Shown piece after piece: positions 7,257 to 16,605 of a DNA stretch of 28,744 nt. Source of the stretch: a virus. Its lineage: Duplodnaviria; Caudoviricetes. Numbering within the stretch: the stretch's first letter is position 1; every line of letters begins with the position of its first letter. A model generated the notes under the pieces. It had not been told where the DNA came from. It saw only the letters and a list, made by a program, of their open reading frames with translations, and did not search any database. The DNA is taken from IMG/VR virus record IMGVR_UViG_3300032245_000701, positions 1 through 28,744 of that record, one strand, 5' to 3'. Both the position numbers and the translations under genes were made by a program.

Positions 7257-7550
7257 TTACACTCCTACAGTAATTTTGCTGGCACCCGGTCCAGTTATGG
7301 GGCCAGGCCCCCAGTATTCTCTTCTGTTCTTTTTAACAGATACTGTTGTTTGATCACCAACCACACTCAACACTTTACCTTCTATAGTAACTCGGGAAGC
7401 ACCGGGACCTGTAACAGTTTCTCCATGATCTGTTTTGTCGCTGCCAACTAGCACAGGTTTTTTGCCTTCAAAGGTCACAGTGGACGCACCAGGGCCTGCT
7501 ACGCTTTCGCCCTTGGCAGTTGCATCACCGACTAATGAAGGTATGGCCAT
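7257..7550 (-). CDS. PAAR-like baseplate spike-tip protein
   Basis: 97 aa; three repeats of VG(S)D..G..(V/I)xGPGASxV, matching the PAAR/gp5.4 repeat architecture. Confidence 0.75.
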   Translation of the reverse strand: MAIPSLVGDATAKGESVAGPGASTVTFEGKKPVLVGSDKTDHGETVTGPGASRVTIEGKVLSVVGDQTTVSVKKNRREYWGPGPITGPGASKITVGV

Positions 7551-7551
7551 A

Positions 7552-7863
7552 TTAAACTATAATTTTTTGTTTGGGTGCAACATCAATACCGGTTGTGGTC
7601 TTGATATAATGCGATTTCATTTGTTCCAAGGACTCGGCATGGAACATGACATGTTGCCGACTTAGAAATACCTTGGCATCTTGGTCAGCACTGAATAGAC
7701 TCTGAATCAAGCCTATGCCCTGTTGACTTGGCATGACTGTACAGGGACTGGCAACATTGAAGCCTTCGCCTGTTTCTTCTACAACCTTGGCCACCAGTTC
7801 GTCACCGTTGACCATCTTGAAACTCACTACGTCACCTGATGCATATCGTTGATTTACTAACAT
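7552..7863 (-). CDS. Small beta-barrel (Sm-like) phage protein
   Basis: GDVVSFKMVNGDELVAKVVEE..P motif typical of Sm-like folds; fold is inferred. Confidence 0.55.
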   Translation of the reverse strand: MLVNQRYASGDVVSFKMVNGDELVAKVVEETGEGFNVASPCTVMPSQQGIGLIQSLFSADQDAKVFLSRQHVMFHAESLEQMKSHYIKTTTGIDVAPKQKIIV

Positions 7864-7864
7864 A

Positions 7865-8107
7865 TTAACCTTTTAGTTCTGCCCAAAACTCTTCGCCTTT
7901 GCCGGCAATACCTTGGTAACCGCCTTGGATAAGAGTTGTGCCATTGAAAATTTGTGGTACACTACGCAAGCCCATGTCCAGTAGATGTTGACGTGCGTCT
8001 TGATCTTCTTCTACACTGATGGTGGTGTATTCTACACCTTTGCTCTCTAAGAGACTTTTAGCCCGATCGCAAAACGGGCAATTACTTTTTGAATAGACTG
8101 TTATCAT
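7865..8107 (-). CDS. grx: Glutaredoxin
   Basis: VYSKSNCPFCDRAK, RSVPQIF, GGY; directly downstream of nrdB. Confidence 0.95.
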   Translation of the reverse strand: MITVYSKSNCPFCDRAKSLLESKGVEYTTISVEEDQDARQHLLDMGLRSVPQIFNGTTLIQGGYQGIAGKGEEFWAELKG

Positions 8108-9234
8108 TATAAACTAAAACCTTTAAATGTGTTGTTGTCAACATCTTGTTTTGTACCACCCACTACATAACTGCTGATTTCAGTTTCTTGTGGTGCTACT
8201 TGTACTTCAGCTCCGGCAATCCATTTGGCGGTCCACGGTAAGGGATTGGAACCAGGCTTCATGCCACAATCTAATCCCACTGCTGTCATGCGCTTGCAGG
8301 TCAACCAGTCAACATACTGTCCCAATAATTGTTCATTGAGACCAATCATTGATCCGTCTTTGAACAAATATTTAGCCCAGGCTTTTTCCTGTTCTGCTGC
8401 CTTTAAAAACATTGCCTCACACTCGGCTTTGGTCTCTTGCTTGAGTTGGGCAAACGCAGGATCATCGCCGGGCAATAGTTTGATCAACATCTGTGTACTG
8501 CCCAAGTGTACATTCTCGTCACGACAGATCAATTTGATGATCTTGGCATTACCTTCCATCTTCTTGAGCTCAGCAAAGGCCCAGGAGCAGGCAAACGAAA
8601 CATAGAAGCGAATGCCCTCTAATGCGTTCACGCTGTTGATGGCAAGCCATAGTTTCTTCTTGAGTTCGTATGTGTCGATTATTACAGTTTTGCCGTTGAT
8701 GACATGTGTGCCTGCACCCAATAAATTATAGTACCCACCATACTCAATTACATCATCATAATACTTGCTAATATCTTTTGCACAATTAACGATGGGCTCA
8801 ATGTCCATGAGTTCGTCAAAAATTCTACCAGGGTCTGAGTATACATTGCGAATAATGTGAGTATAACTGCGGCTGTGGATGGTTTCATTAAATGCCCAAG
8901 TTTGTATCCAGGTCTCTAATTCTGGAATTGAAACAAAGGGCAAGAACGCTAGATTGGGACTGCGACCTTGCACACTATCTAATAGAATCTGTCTTTTTAA
9001 ATTACTAGTGAAAATATGTTGTTCAAATTCGGTCAACTCTTTGAAGTCTTTGCTGTCACGCATGACATCAACTTCTTCAGGCCTCCAAAAAAATCCCAAC
9101 TGCTTGTCTGTTAGTTTATCAAACTGTCTATATTTTAATGTTTCGTAGCGTTGTATAGTTACAGGGCCACTAGGATCAAGGAATGCCAGAGCTTCTGTAT
9201 GTTTTTTATTATTATTAATGTTAAATACACTCAT
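8107..9234 (-). CDS. nrdB: Ribonucleotide reductase class Ia beta subunit
   Basis: FFWRPEEV, LLDSVQGR, ETIHSRSYTHI, LEGIRFYVSFACS, RDENVH, VAPQETEISSY. Confidence 0.97.
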   Translation of the reverse strand: MSVFNINNNKKHTEALAFLDPSGPVTIQRYETLKYRQFDKLTDKQLGFFWRPEEVDVMRDSKDFKELTEFEQHIFTSNLKRQILLDSVQGRSPNLAFLPFVSIPELETWIQTWAFNETIHSRSYTHIIRNVYSDPGRIFDELMDIEPIVNCAKDISKYYDDVIEYGGYYNLLGAGTHVINGKTVIIDTYELKKKLWLAINSVNALEGIRFYVSFACSWAFAELKKMEGNAKIIKLICRDENVHLGSTQMLIKLLPGDDPAFAQLKQETKAECEAMFLKAAEQEKAWAKYLFKDGSMIGLNEQLLGQYVDWLTCKRMTAVGLDCGMKPGSNPLPWTAKWIAGAEVQVAPQETEISSYVVGGTKQDVDNNTFKGFSL

Positions 9235-9246
9235 TCTATATAATCA

Positions 9247-9951
9247 TCACTTTTCAAATACAATTCTAATGTTTCCATCTAGTTCATCTTTATCCTCGGC
9301 TGTGTCAATATCAAATATCAATACCGTGGCCGGTAAATCTGTCAACTGCTCACGTATGTACTGATCCAATAATTCTGCACTGGGTTCTTCTGAACCAAAT
9401 GTGTCAATTAAATTTTCCGGAGCTTCGCGTTTTATCATGGTATTTGCATCTAAAGATATAAATCCACGACCACCATCTTTAATAATTGATATAAAGCCCA
9501 GTACTCGATCACGCAACGAGCTTAATGGTACATAATGCAGGCTACAAACAGCCATGGCCGATTCATAGTACTCTTGGTGGTTTGAAACAAAATCAAAATC
9601 AAAAAAATCAAATTCGTCGCCGTACCAAGCATTGTCGTTGTCAGGATTGTCGGGGCTTATACCAATAATGTTTGGAATGTATTTTTTAAACATGTTCCAC
9701 CCGCAACCAATATCATGTATAGATTCTGGGTTATTTTCTAACAGTTTGTTAATGTAATAAAAACTGGCCATGCTACCAATTTTTGTGCCAAGTATTTGTC
9801 TTGGGGTGGTGTATAACAATTCTGTAACTAAATGTTTGTCCCAAACTAATAGTTCAAAATCTTTTGCTACTGCCTGGCCAAGTTCAGTCTTACTAAACTG
9901 TTCTTCAAATTCTTCTTGGTTGTATTCGTTTAAATTATGCATGAATCGCAA
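9247..9951 (-). CDS. SAM-dependent methyltransferase-like protein between nrdA and nrdB
   Basis: IHDIGCGWN (motif I), CSLHYVP, IKDGGRGFI; start possibly the ATG at 9942, overlapping the nrdA 3' end. Confidence 0.7.
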   Translation of the reverse strand: MRFMHNLNEYNQEEFEEQFSKTELGQAVAKDFELLVWDKHLVTELLYTTPRQILGTKIGSMASFYYINKLLENNPESIHDIGCGWNMFKKYIPNIIGISPDNPDNDNAWYGDEFDFFDFDFVSNHQEYYESAMAVCSLHYVPLSSLRDRVLGFISIIKDGGRGFISLDANTMIKREAPENLIDTFGSEEPSAELLDQYIREQLTDLPATVLIFDIDTAEDKDELDGNIRIVFEK

Positions 9952-12236
9952 TCCTCTTGATTTTCAATTGTTTCTGCCTTAGGGAGATTTTGTTTTTCAC
10001 TCATTTTATCAACATCAATTTCGCCCTGGCCGTCATTGGTGTTAAAATAGTATAATTGCTTAGTTCCATATTTATAGCACATGATCAAGTGCTTGAGCAT
10101 TTCACTCATTGGGATCTTTTCATCTTCGTAAAATTTGGGGTTGTACGAAGTGTTGGTACTAATACCTTGATCAATATATTTTTGCAATACTGCACACAGT
10201 TTTAGATAGCCTTCTGGCGACTTTTGATCCCATAACAATTCGTATTTGTTCTTCAATTTACGGTACTCGGGTACAACTTGTCGTAATACACCATGTTTGC
10301 TTTGTTTAATGCTCACATAACTTCTAGGTGGTTCAATTCCGTTGGTAGCATTACTTATCTGTGCAGATGTCTCAGCTGGCATTAATGCCATCAACGTGGC
10401 ATTGCGAATACCAGTATTCAAAATTTGCTCGCGCAAGGCACGCCAAGGCATGCGCTCTTGGTGCTCAACCAGTTCATCTACTTCTCGTTTGCGTGTGTCA
10501 ATTGGTAGTAAGCCATCTGCATACTTTAAATTTTGCCAGGCGGTGCAAGGTCCCTGTTCAGCGGCAAGATCGGCACTGGCCTTGATTAAATAATAACTCC
10601 AGGCTTCTGCATACTCATCTACAAGTGCCAATGCTCGAGGATCACTATAACTAACATCATTCTTGGCCAAGAAGTAGGCAAAGTTGATAATACCATTACC
10701 CAACGGACGATATTCTTGTGTTGATAGTTCGGCGGCTCTAACAGGATAATTCTGATAACTGAGCAATGCATCCAGCCCGCGAACACTGAGAGTACACATG
10801 CGCTCAAAATCTCGGGGCGATCGAACATTGCCCCAATTTTGTGCGCTGAGTGTACACAGGGCAATACGACCATTTTCATCCCGGACATCGTCAAGTGGTA
10901 CTGTTGGCAAATCAATTTCACTGCACAAGTTGCTCATCTTGATAGGAGCAATCTTTTCCTTGAACGGACTGTGCGTGTTGGCATGGTCTACATTTTGTAA
11001 ATAAATGCGACCTGTATCTTTGCGCTCTTGCATGAACTTGCCAAACAGATCTGAGGCCTTGAATGTTTTCTTACGCAACTTTGTGTTGCGTTCTGCACGT
11101 TCATACAGTTCTTTAAAACGATCTTGATCATTAAAAAATGCATTGTACATTTCCGGAACATCGTGCGGGCTAAAACAAGTGATGTCACCACCCTGAATCA
11201 ATCTCTCGTACATGAGTTTATTAAACTGTACACCATAGTCCATTTGGCGCACACGATTTTCTTCGGTACCTTTGTTGTTTTTCAGTACCAGTAGGTCTTC
11301 AATTTCCAAATGCCACAAGGGATAGTAAGCGGTGGCGGCGCCATTACGCACACCACCCTGACTACAACTGCGAGTGGCGGCTTGAAATAGTTTTAAGAAG
11401 GGAGTAACACCAGTATGGTATGCATCACCGTTACGAATAGGGCTGCCAAGGGCTCTAATACTGCCTGCGCCAATTCCAATTCCGGCTTTTTGGCTAACAT
11501 ACTTGACAATGCTTGCGGCAGTAGCGTTAATGGAATCCAGACTGTCATCAGACTCAATAAGAACACAACTGCTGAATTGTTTTTGCGGTGTTCGTACACC
11601 AGCCATAACAGGGGTAGGTAAACTGATATCAAAAGTGCTGATTGCATCATAGTAGTCCTTTACCCATTGCAGTCGGGTCTCTGGGGGATAGGCCATAAAC
11701 AAAGTTGCGGCTATCATCATGTAGGCCACTTGCGGAGTTTCGTAAATCTCATTAGTCACACGATTTTGCACCAGGTACTTGCCGCGCCATTGCTCCATGG
11801 CCACATAGGTAAATGTTTCGTCACGCTCATGTTTGATGTAAGCACCAAGTTGACCAATTTCATCTTCTGTGTAGTTGGCCAATAATTCTGGAGTGTAGTA
11901 ACCAATGTCTGTGTTTCTTTTAACCAACTGCAACAAAGGCCACGGTTTATAACCGCCATACACCTGTTTGTGTATATGGTATGTGAGTAAGCGCCCAGCC
12001 ACATATTGATAATTGGGTGTTTCTTCACTAATTAAATCTGCCGCACTCTTAATTAATGTTTCTTGAATGTCTGCACTTTTAATGCCAGTGTAAAATTGTA
12101 TATGACTTTTAATTTCAACTTCGCTGGCGCTAACACCTGTTATGCCCTCGGTTGCCCAAAATACAACTTTATGTAATTTCTCTAGATTTAATGGCTCTTT
12201 GTTTCCATTTCGTTTTGTGACGTATATTTGACTCAT
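9930..12236 (-). CDS. nrdA: Ribonucleotide reductase class Ia alpha subunit with ATP cone
   Basis: VTKRNG ATP cone, QFSSCVLI, SNLCSEI, ALCTL, LMPAETSAQISNATNGIEP, LYY, C-terminal CDSC. Confidence 0.98.
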   Translation of the reverse strand: MSQIYVTKRNGNKEPLNLEKLHKVVFWATEGITGVSASEVEIKSHIQFYTGIKSADIQETLIKSAADLISEETPNYQYVAGRLLTYHIHKQVYGGYKPWPLLQLVKRNTDIGYYTPELLANYTEDEIGQLGAYIKHERDETFTYVAMEQWRGKYLVQNRVTNEIYETPQVAYMMIAATLFMAYPPETRLQWVKDYYDAISTFDISLPTPVMAGVRTPQKQFSSCVLIESDDSLDSINATAASIVKYVSQKAGIGIGAGSIRALGSPIRNGDAYHTGVTPFLKLFQAATRSCSQGGVRNGAATAYYPLWHLEIEDLLVLKNNKGTEENRVRQMDYGVQFNKLMYERLIQGGDITCFSPHDVPEMYNAFFNDQDRFKELYERAERNTKLRKKTFKASDLFGKFMQERKDTGRIYLQNVDHANTHSPFKEKIAPIKMSNLCSEIDLPTVPLDDVRDENGRIALCTLSAQNWGNVRSPRDFERMCTLSVRGLDALLSYQNYPVRAAELSTQEYRPLGNGIINFAYFLAKNDVSYSDPRALALVDEYAEAWSYYLIKASADLAAEQGPCTAWQNLKYADGLLPIDTRKREVDELVEHQERMPWRALREQILNTGIRNATLMALMPAETSAQISNATNGIEPPRSYVSIKQSKHGVLRQVVPEYRKLKNKYELLWDQKSPEGYLKLCAVLQKYIDQGISTNTSYNPKFYEDEKIPMSEMLKHLIMCYKYGTKQLYYFNTNDGQGEIDVDKMSEKQNLPKAETIENQEDCDSCII

Positions 12237-12245
12237 TGATTCCTC

Positions 12246-12689
12246 TCAGTAACTGCTCAATTTTAGCTCTTGTTCTCCGTAAACTTTACAGAGTTCTAAT
12301 TCATTTTCGATTTTAATTCTATTTACTACTTCTCCATTTACCATATTAAGCACATATTTCCCATCGTCAACCCAAACTAAATTGTAATATGTGTTAGTTG
12401 CGCCATCGCAGTATACTCGTATTTCTAATGTAGGGTTGTGGTTAGTAAGTTTAATAGTATACAGGATTCCCAGGGCTTTTGCAATATCACAGTAATAATT
12501 TTCTTCAATTAATGTCCATGGATCTGGCCAATTGGCATAATCCTCAGGATCAAGATAGTAGGGTGTAAATGGACAGCTGGCCCAAAACTCAGCTATGGCT
12601 TTGACTGCTGGTTCCAACGATAAGACGTTTAGACTTTTTCGAAAAGTACGCCAATGAAAGAGCCTTTCAGTAGCATTAAGTTTCCACAT
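12246..12689 (-). CDS. Hypothetical protein with transglutaminase/BTLCP-like pattern
   Basis: WPDPWTL..YYCDIAKALGILYTI..NLVWV..YVLN resembles BTLCP motifs; the His position reads Asn. Confidence 0.55.
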   Translation of the reverse strand: MWKLNATERLFHWRTFRKSLNVLSLEPAVKAIAEFWASCPFTPYYLDPEDYANWPDPWTLIEENYYCDIAKALGILYTIKLTNHNPTLEIRVYCDGATNTYYNLVWVDDGKYVLNMVNGEVVNRIKIENELELCKVYGEQELKLSSY

Positions 12690-12697
12690 GGATTATT

Positions 12698-13288
12698 TTA
12701 ATAAATTGAGCTAATTCTATAAAATAAATTAGCGTTGGTTGTTGCTGTGTAATTTAAATTTGCTGTTGTGACATTGGCATTCATGGTAAACACAACATCA
12801 GTGACGGCGGTTTCTGTGTATTCTTCAACGTAACTAACTGTTCCGCCAGCTCTACTCACAGTTATGGTACCAGTGCGCTCAGCGGCGCCTTGACCCAGTG
12901 TATAACTAATAATAGCGTTGTTTGATGTTATACTAGATATTGTTGCATTAACTGCACCAGCTAGTATATTGGCGCTGGTGGATCCAAGTGAGCCATTTTC
13001 TAAATTAGTTACTCTGCTAGATAGTGATGTGATATTGCCGTTGATAACAACCAAGTTGCCTTCTATCACCCCAATATTAGATGCAAATCCAGCAGTAAAA
13101 TCAAGTATGCTATATTGAGTTAGAACTTCAGTTTTTCCAAGGCTTGGTGCGCCTTCTTCGATTGTGCCATTGCCGATGTAAAGTTTGCGTGTGTCCACAC
13201 TCCAACCCAGTTCGGCCGAAGCCAAATTGGGCAAATCTGATTCTAAACCGCGTCTGTGTTGTATGCGGCTAATTTGTATAACGGCCAT
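12698..13288 (-). CDS. Short fibre-like virion protein with Mtd_N/hyaluronidase-type N-terminal domain
   Basis: IQHRRG..LPNLASAELGWSVDTRKLYIGNG, then a short coiled coil; SD GAGG and CTAAATA upstream. Confidence 0.75.
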   Translation of the reverse strand: MAVIQISRIQHRRGLESDLPNLASAELGWSVDTRKLYIGNGTIEEGAPSLGKTEVLTQYSILDFTAGFASNIGVIEGNLVVINGNITSLSSRVTNLENGSLGSTSANILAGAVNATISSITSNNAIISYTLGQGAAERTGTITVSRAGGTVSYVEEYTETAVTDVVFTMNANVTTANLNYTATTNANLFYRISSIY

Positions 13289-13313
13289 CGTCTAAATCCT
13301 CAACTGTATAGAG

Positions 13314-13320
13314 TATTTAG
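13314..13320 (-). promoter_or_regulatory. Late-type promoter CTAAATA
   Basis: T4-late-like core (TATAAATA) about 25 nt upstream of the fibre gene. Confidence 0.55.
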
Positions 13321-14027
13321 TTTGTTTGATAATACTGCTCTACCCTCTTGGTCCACTCGTTGGTCCAGTGTTGAAATTCGTCGCCTTCGATAACAAATTC
13401 CAAGTATTCTGGCGTGGAATATGTCTGATCTGCCAGTAATCGAGGCTGTACAGCCATCAAAATTACCCCGGTGTTGATTTCAGTGCCGTGTGTGGCATTA
13501 TGTGCTTGTGCATAGGCTGCCAACTGCACAAAATAGTCATCGATGTATTCACGCTTTTTGACCTTGTTGCTCTGCTTGAAGTCCATGATAGCCGGCTGAC
13601 CTTTCCACACACCCACACAGTCTGTGGTGCCGGCATATAACCCACTATAATAAACAGGAACTTCACTGCCCCAGAATTCATCTACATGACACAGTCCCTT
13701 AAGAATAACCTCTGCGGCCATGTACCAACTTGCGTGTGCAAATGGATTTGTGGGCAAGGGTTTCATGTCATCATTGAGTATAAATGATTCAAGGTAACTG
13801 TGCATCCTTGTACCGCGATTGGCGGCTTCTGTAGTAATGGCCTGCGCTCGTTCGTGCCCGATTGCATCTCGCCATTTTTGTAGTGCTTGCCTACTTTCTT
13901 CGCTTTTTGTCCGGTCCAGTATAGTAGTAACACTGGGCACAGCACCACCATCGGGTAAACAGTAGTGTCGTTTGCCATCAATGGTGGTTCTACTGATTGC
14001 GGTGTAATTGTATTTTTGTTTTATCAT
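13317..14027 (-). CDS. PD-(D/E)xK exonuclease (lambda-exo/Cas4/MGME1-like)
   Basis: PSVTTIL, RGTRMH, E, YAGTTDCVG, IMDFKQS, QLAAY. Confidence 0.88.
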   Translation of the reverse strand: MIKQKYNYTAISRTTIDGKRHYCLPDGGAVPSVTTILDRTKSEESRQALQKWRDAIGHERAQAITTEAANRGTRMHSYLESFILNDDMKPLPTNPFAHASWYMAAEVILKGLCHVDEFWGSEVPVYYSGLYAGTTDCVGVWKGQPAIMDFKQSNKVKKREYIDDYFVQLAAYAQAHNATHGTEINTGVILMAVQPRLLADQTYSTPEYLEFVIEGDEFQHWTNEWTKRVEQYYQTN

Positions 14028-15139
14028 AATAAATTTATCTTTTGTTGAATTTGATCCCGTGCTTGTTTATCCCAGTCAGTTGATACCAATAGATTGTAGT
14101 TGTGTTCAAGTATATCCTTTGCTTGGAGATATATGTTGGCCTGGTCGGTGTTGCACAAAAATTTTACCTGTTCCATGGCCGCATGATATCTAGCAGTATC
14201 ATCTACGATTTGATCATAACTTTCATCAATGATACCATCAAATGTTTTAAATCCTGCACTGCGTAAATTTTCTAAAAATTTATACCCAGTAAAGGCCACA
14301 AACAGTCTACGGGCAATTATGGGCTTGGCTGTTTTTTCTGTGTAGAAACTCAGTGAGCTGTCTGTGTTGGTTTCAGCCACTATGCTGTAGGCAGTCTGAT
14401 TGAACACATCAATGGGTATTACTCTACTCAGCGGTATTTTTATATCATTATAACACACATCGAAACATGTAGTACCATAAGTGTGTCCTATTGATTCTTG
14501 TGCGGGATAACAGTCTTTCTCCCATACAAAATTACCCTTGATTGTGACATCAGAGTCGCCCATATATGTCATGATAAATTTGTCTTGCAAGTTGTTGGCA
14601 ACAACACCTTCGTATACTGCATCTCTATTGACTCGTTTCCGGCCCAGCAAGGCGTCAAAATATTTGGGTTTGGGCAAGGCATAGGAAATTTCCGCTAACC
14701 TGTTGGATAAACGATCTTGATATAATCTTGCTATGATCTTTAACCAGTCGTGCCAAACAATGATATTGTTTTTAAGAGCCGACGGTTGTGTCACTGTTCC
14801 AGGTATTACCCAATACACATTGTCATGATGACATTGATTCCATACTGCCCATTGAGTGCTGTGTAATTCACCACCAAAGGTAAACACCAAGTCACTGGCA
14901 TGACTTAATTCATTTATTTTGTCAGGGAAGTCGACCTTGGGCAGTGGTCCTGGACGAGGTGGGTCACCAATGTCATAGTCCAGTGCAAATTGCTCTGTGG
15001 TAAAAGCTATTTTTTTATCTGCTTGTGCATTGGCGTACTCATGCCTGCTGAGATACAGAGTACGGGCGCCAGGAAAAGATAACATGGGTAACCACAACCC
15101 GTTAAAGAAATTACTATCAGTATAAACTGCTACCAACAT
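14024..15139 (-). CDS. Glycosyltransferase-like hypothetical protein
   Basis: YSIVAET..FYTEKTAKPI..GFKTF..IIDESYD resembles the GT10/fucosyltransferase nucleotide-sugar motif (YxTEK); function inferred. Confidence 0.5.
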   Translation of the reverse strand: MLVAVYTDSNFFNGLWLPMLSFPGARTLYLSRHEYANAQADKKIAFTTEQFALDYDIGDPPRPGPLPKVDFPDKINELSHASDLVFTFGGELHSTQWAVWNQCHHDNVYWVIPGTVTQPSALKNNIIVWHDWLKIIARLYQDRLSNRLAEISYALPKPKYFDALLGRKRVNRDAVYEGVVANNLQDKFIMTYMGDSDVTIKGNFVWEKDCYPAQESIGHTYGTTCFDVCYNDIKIPLSRVIPIDVFNQTAYSIVAETNTDSSLSFYTEKTAKPIIARRLFVAFTGYKFLENLRSAGFKTFDGIIDESYDQIVDDTARYHAAMEQVKFLCNTDQANIYLQAKDILEHNYNLLVSTDWDKQARDQIQQKINLL

Positions 15140-15462
15140 TAAACTCTAAAACTTTCCCCACATCCACAGCGGTCGCGCTCATTGGGATTGCTAAACTCAA
15201 AGCCTTCGTTCAGGCCCTGGCGTACATAGTCCACGGTCATGTTGTCAAGATACACATTGTCTTTTTGATTTACTAGCACCACAAAGCCATCTTGTGCATA
15301 GTTTATTATATACGGCTCTGCGGTGTATTCTCGTACATATTCTAACACGTAGGCCAGTCCCGAGCAACCTGTGGTTTTTACCCCAAGACGAACACCAGCA
15401 TAGCCTTTGGCCGCGACTAGTTTTTGTATTTTTGTTCGTGCCGCATCAGTTAGCGAGATCAT
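15139..15462 (-). CDS. iscA: Fe-S cluster A-type carrier IscA (probable start MISLT at 15462)
   Basis: GVRLGVKTTGCSGLAY, DYVRQGLNEGFEFSNPN, CGCGESF; 107 aa. Confidence 0.95.
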   Translation of the reverse strand: MISLTDAARTKIQKLVAAKGYAGVRLGVKTTGCSGLAYVLEYVREYTAEPYIINYAQDGFVVLVNQKDNVYLDNMTVDYVRQGLNEGFEFSNPNERDRCGCGESFRV

Positions 15463-16198
15463 AGGTTTTAATAAATTTTTGTAAACCACTTTCCCACACT
15501 ATGGTCACTTTGTAACCCTGAGATTCTAAATAGTTTATTCTTTCTTGGTCTCGGTCACGCTTTTCTTTAGCAGTCTTTTTTAATTGAGGGTGATAAAAAT
15601 CATCTTCAAATAATTTAGGATTACAATGCCAATAATCACCGTATACTTCAATGATATGTTTTGTCGATTCGTTTACATAATCAGGTTTGTATTTTCCGAT
15701 TCTAATGTCGATTCTATAATCAGTTAATATCGATTCTAACAATTTTTCTTTTTTACTACGTGGAGAAGTTTTAGCGAGATGCCCGACATTTTCTGTACCA
15801 TATCGTTCAAGATTAGTTTTTTTAACTTTTTCAAAATAATCAGGTGTATGTTTCTTTCCTTTAAAATTACCAGGTAGCCCGGTATTCCATGCAGTTTGCA
15901 ATCCTTTTGAATTTTTATTCCAGGGAGTTCTTCCTTTGCAGGATTCAGATAAATTCTTAACCCATGCGTCTCTATTTCGTTCTCTAGTAGCATATCGATC
16001 GGCATTCCAGGTCCTAGATTCTGCCATATCTGGATTTCGTTGCCAGTGTAATTTTGCAGAACAAGATTTTGAACAGCATTCTACACCGGAACCTTTTACT
16101 AATGTTCCACAAATAGGACACGGTTTATGCCCTTTTTGATATCCAGTTTTATTATCTTTTCTAAGAGATATGCCACATCCACATTTACATATATTCAT
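15446..16198 (-). mobile_element. Free-standing homing endonuclease-like gene (Zn ribbon, NUMOD-like repeats, Vsr/DUF559-type nuclease)
   Basis: CKCGCG, CPICG..CCSKSC, KGRTPWNK/TAWNTG/KGKKHT, KPDY..IIEVYGDYWH..RDQER..GYKVTIVWE; visibly AT-richer; sits between iscU and iscA; probable start MNICK at 16198. Confidence 0.8.
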
Positions 16199-16203
16199 AA
16201 CTT

Positions 16204-16210
16204 TATTTAG
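16204..16210 (-). promoter_or_regulatory. Late-type promoter CTAAATA 5 nt before the endonuclease ATG
   Basis: CTAAATA-AAGTT-ATG on the minus strand; no SD. Confidence 0.55.
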
Positions 16211-16224
16211 CAAAGTTATTTGTT

Positions 16225-16605
16225 CTATGTTAGGTTATGTTTCTTTTTATAGTCTTCAACGGCTGCGGTAATTGCTGATTCGGCAAGGATGGAGCAGTGG
16301 ATTTTGACTGGGGGGAGAGCAAGCTCTTCAGCAATTTGGCTATTTCGTATGGATCCTGCTTCCTCAAGTGTTCGACCTTTGATCCATTCTGTAACAAGGC
16401 TACTGCTTGCAATGGCCGACCCGCAGCCGTACGTTTTAAATCTGGCATCTGTAATAATTCCATCTTGTACTTTTATTTGTAGTTTCATTACATCACCACA
16501 GGCCGGAGCACCCACCATGCCGGTGCCAACGGTATCATCGATTTCAAATTTACCTACGTTACGAGGGTTCTCGTAATGATCAATCACTCGGTCACTGTAA
16601 GCCAT
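16225..16605 (-). CDS. iscU: Fe-S cluster scaffold IscU
   Basis: MAYS..VIDHYENPRNVG, GAPACGD, FKTYGCGSAIASSS, LPPVKIHC. Confidence 0.97.
   Translation of the reverse strand: MAYSDRVIDHYENPRNVGKFEIDDTVGTGMVGAPACGDVMKLQIKVQDGIITDARFKTYGCGSAIASSSLVTEWIKGRTLEEAGSIRNSQIAEELALPPVKIHCSILAESAITAAVEDYKKKHNLT

Noticed and set aside
9930-12236. Intron or intein in nrdA/nrdB, or a recoded genetic code
   Set aside because: Both genes are continuous and of normal length under the standard code; genes in the window end in TAA, TGA and TAG.
12698-13288. Diversity-generating retroelement target (Mtd-like N-terminus)
   Set aside because: No reverse transcriptase and no TR/VR pair with adenine-specific mismatches in the window.
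13317-14027. CRISPR-associated Cas4
   Set aside because: It lacks the C-terminal Cys cluster of Cas4 and has no cas context; it is a standalone phage PD-(D/E)xK exonuclease.
15446-16224. Group I intron or intein housing the endonuclease
   Set aside because: iscU and iscA are both complete and uninterrupted, and there is no non-coding space for a ribozyme core.
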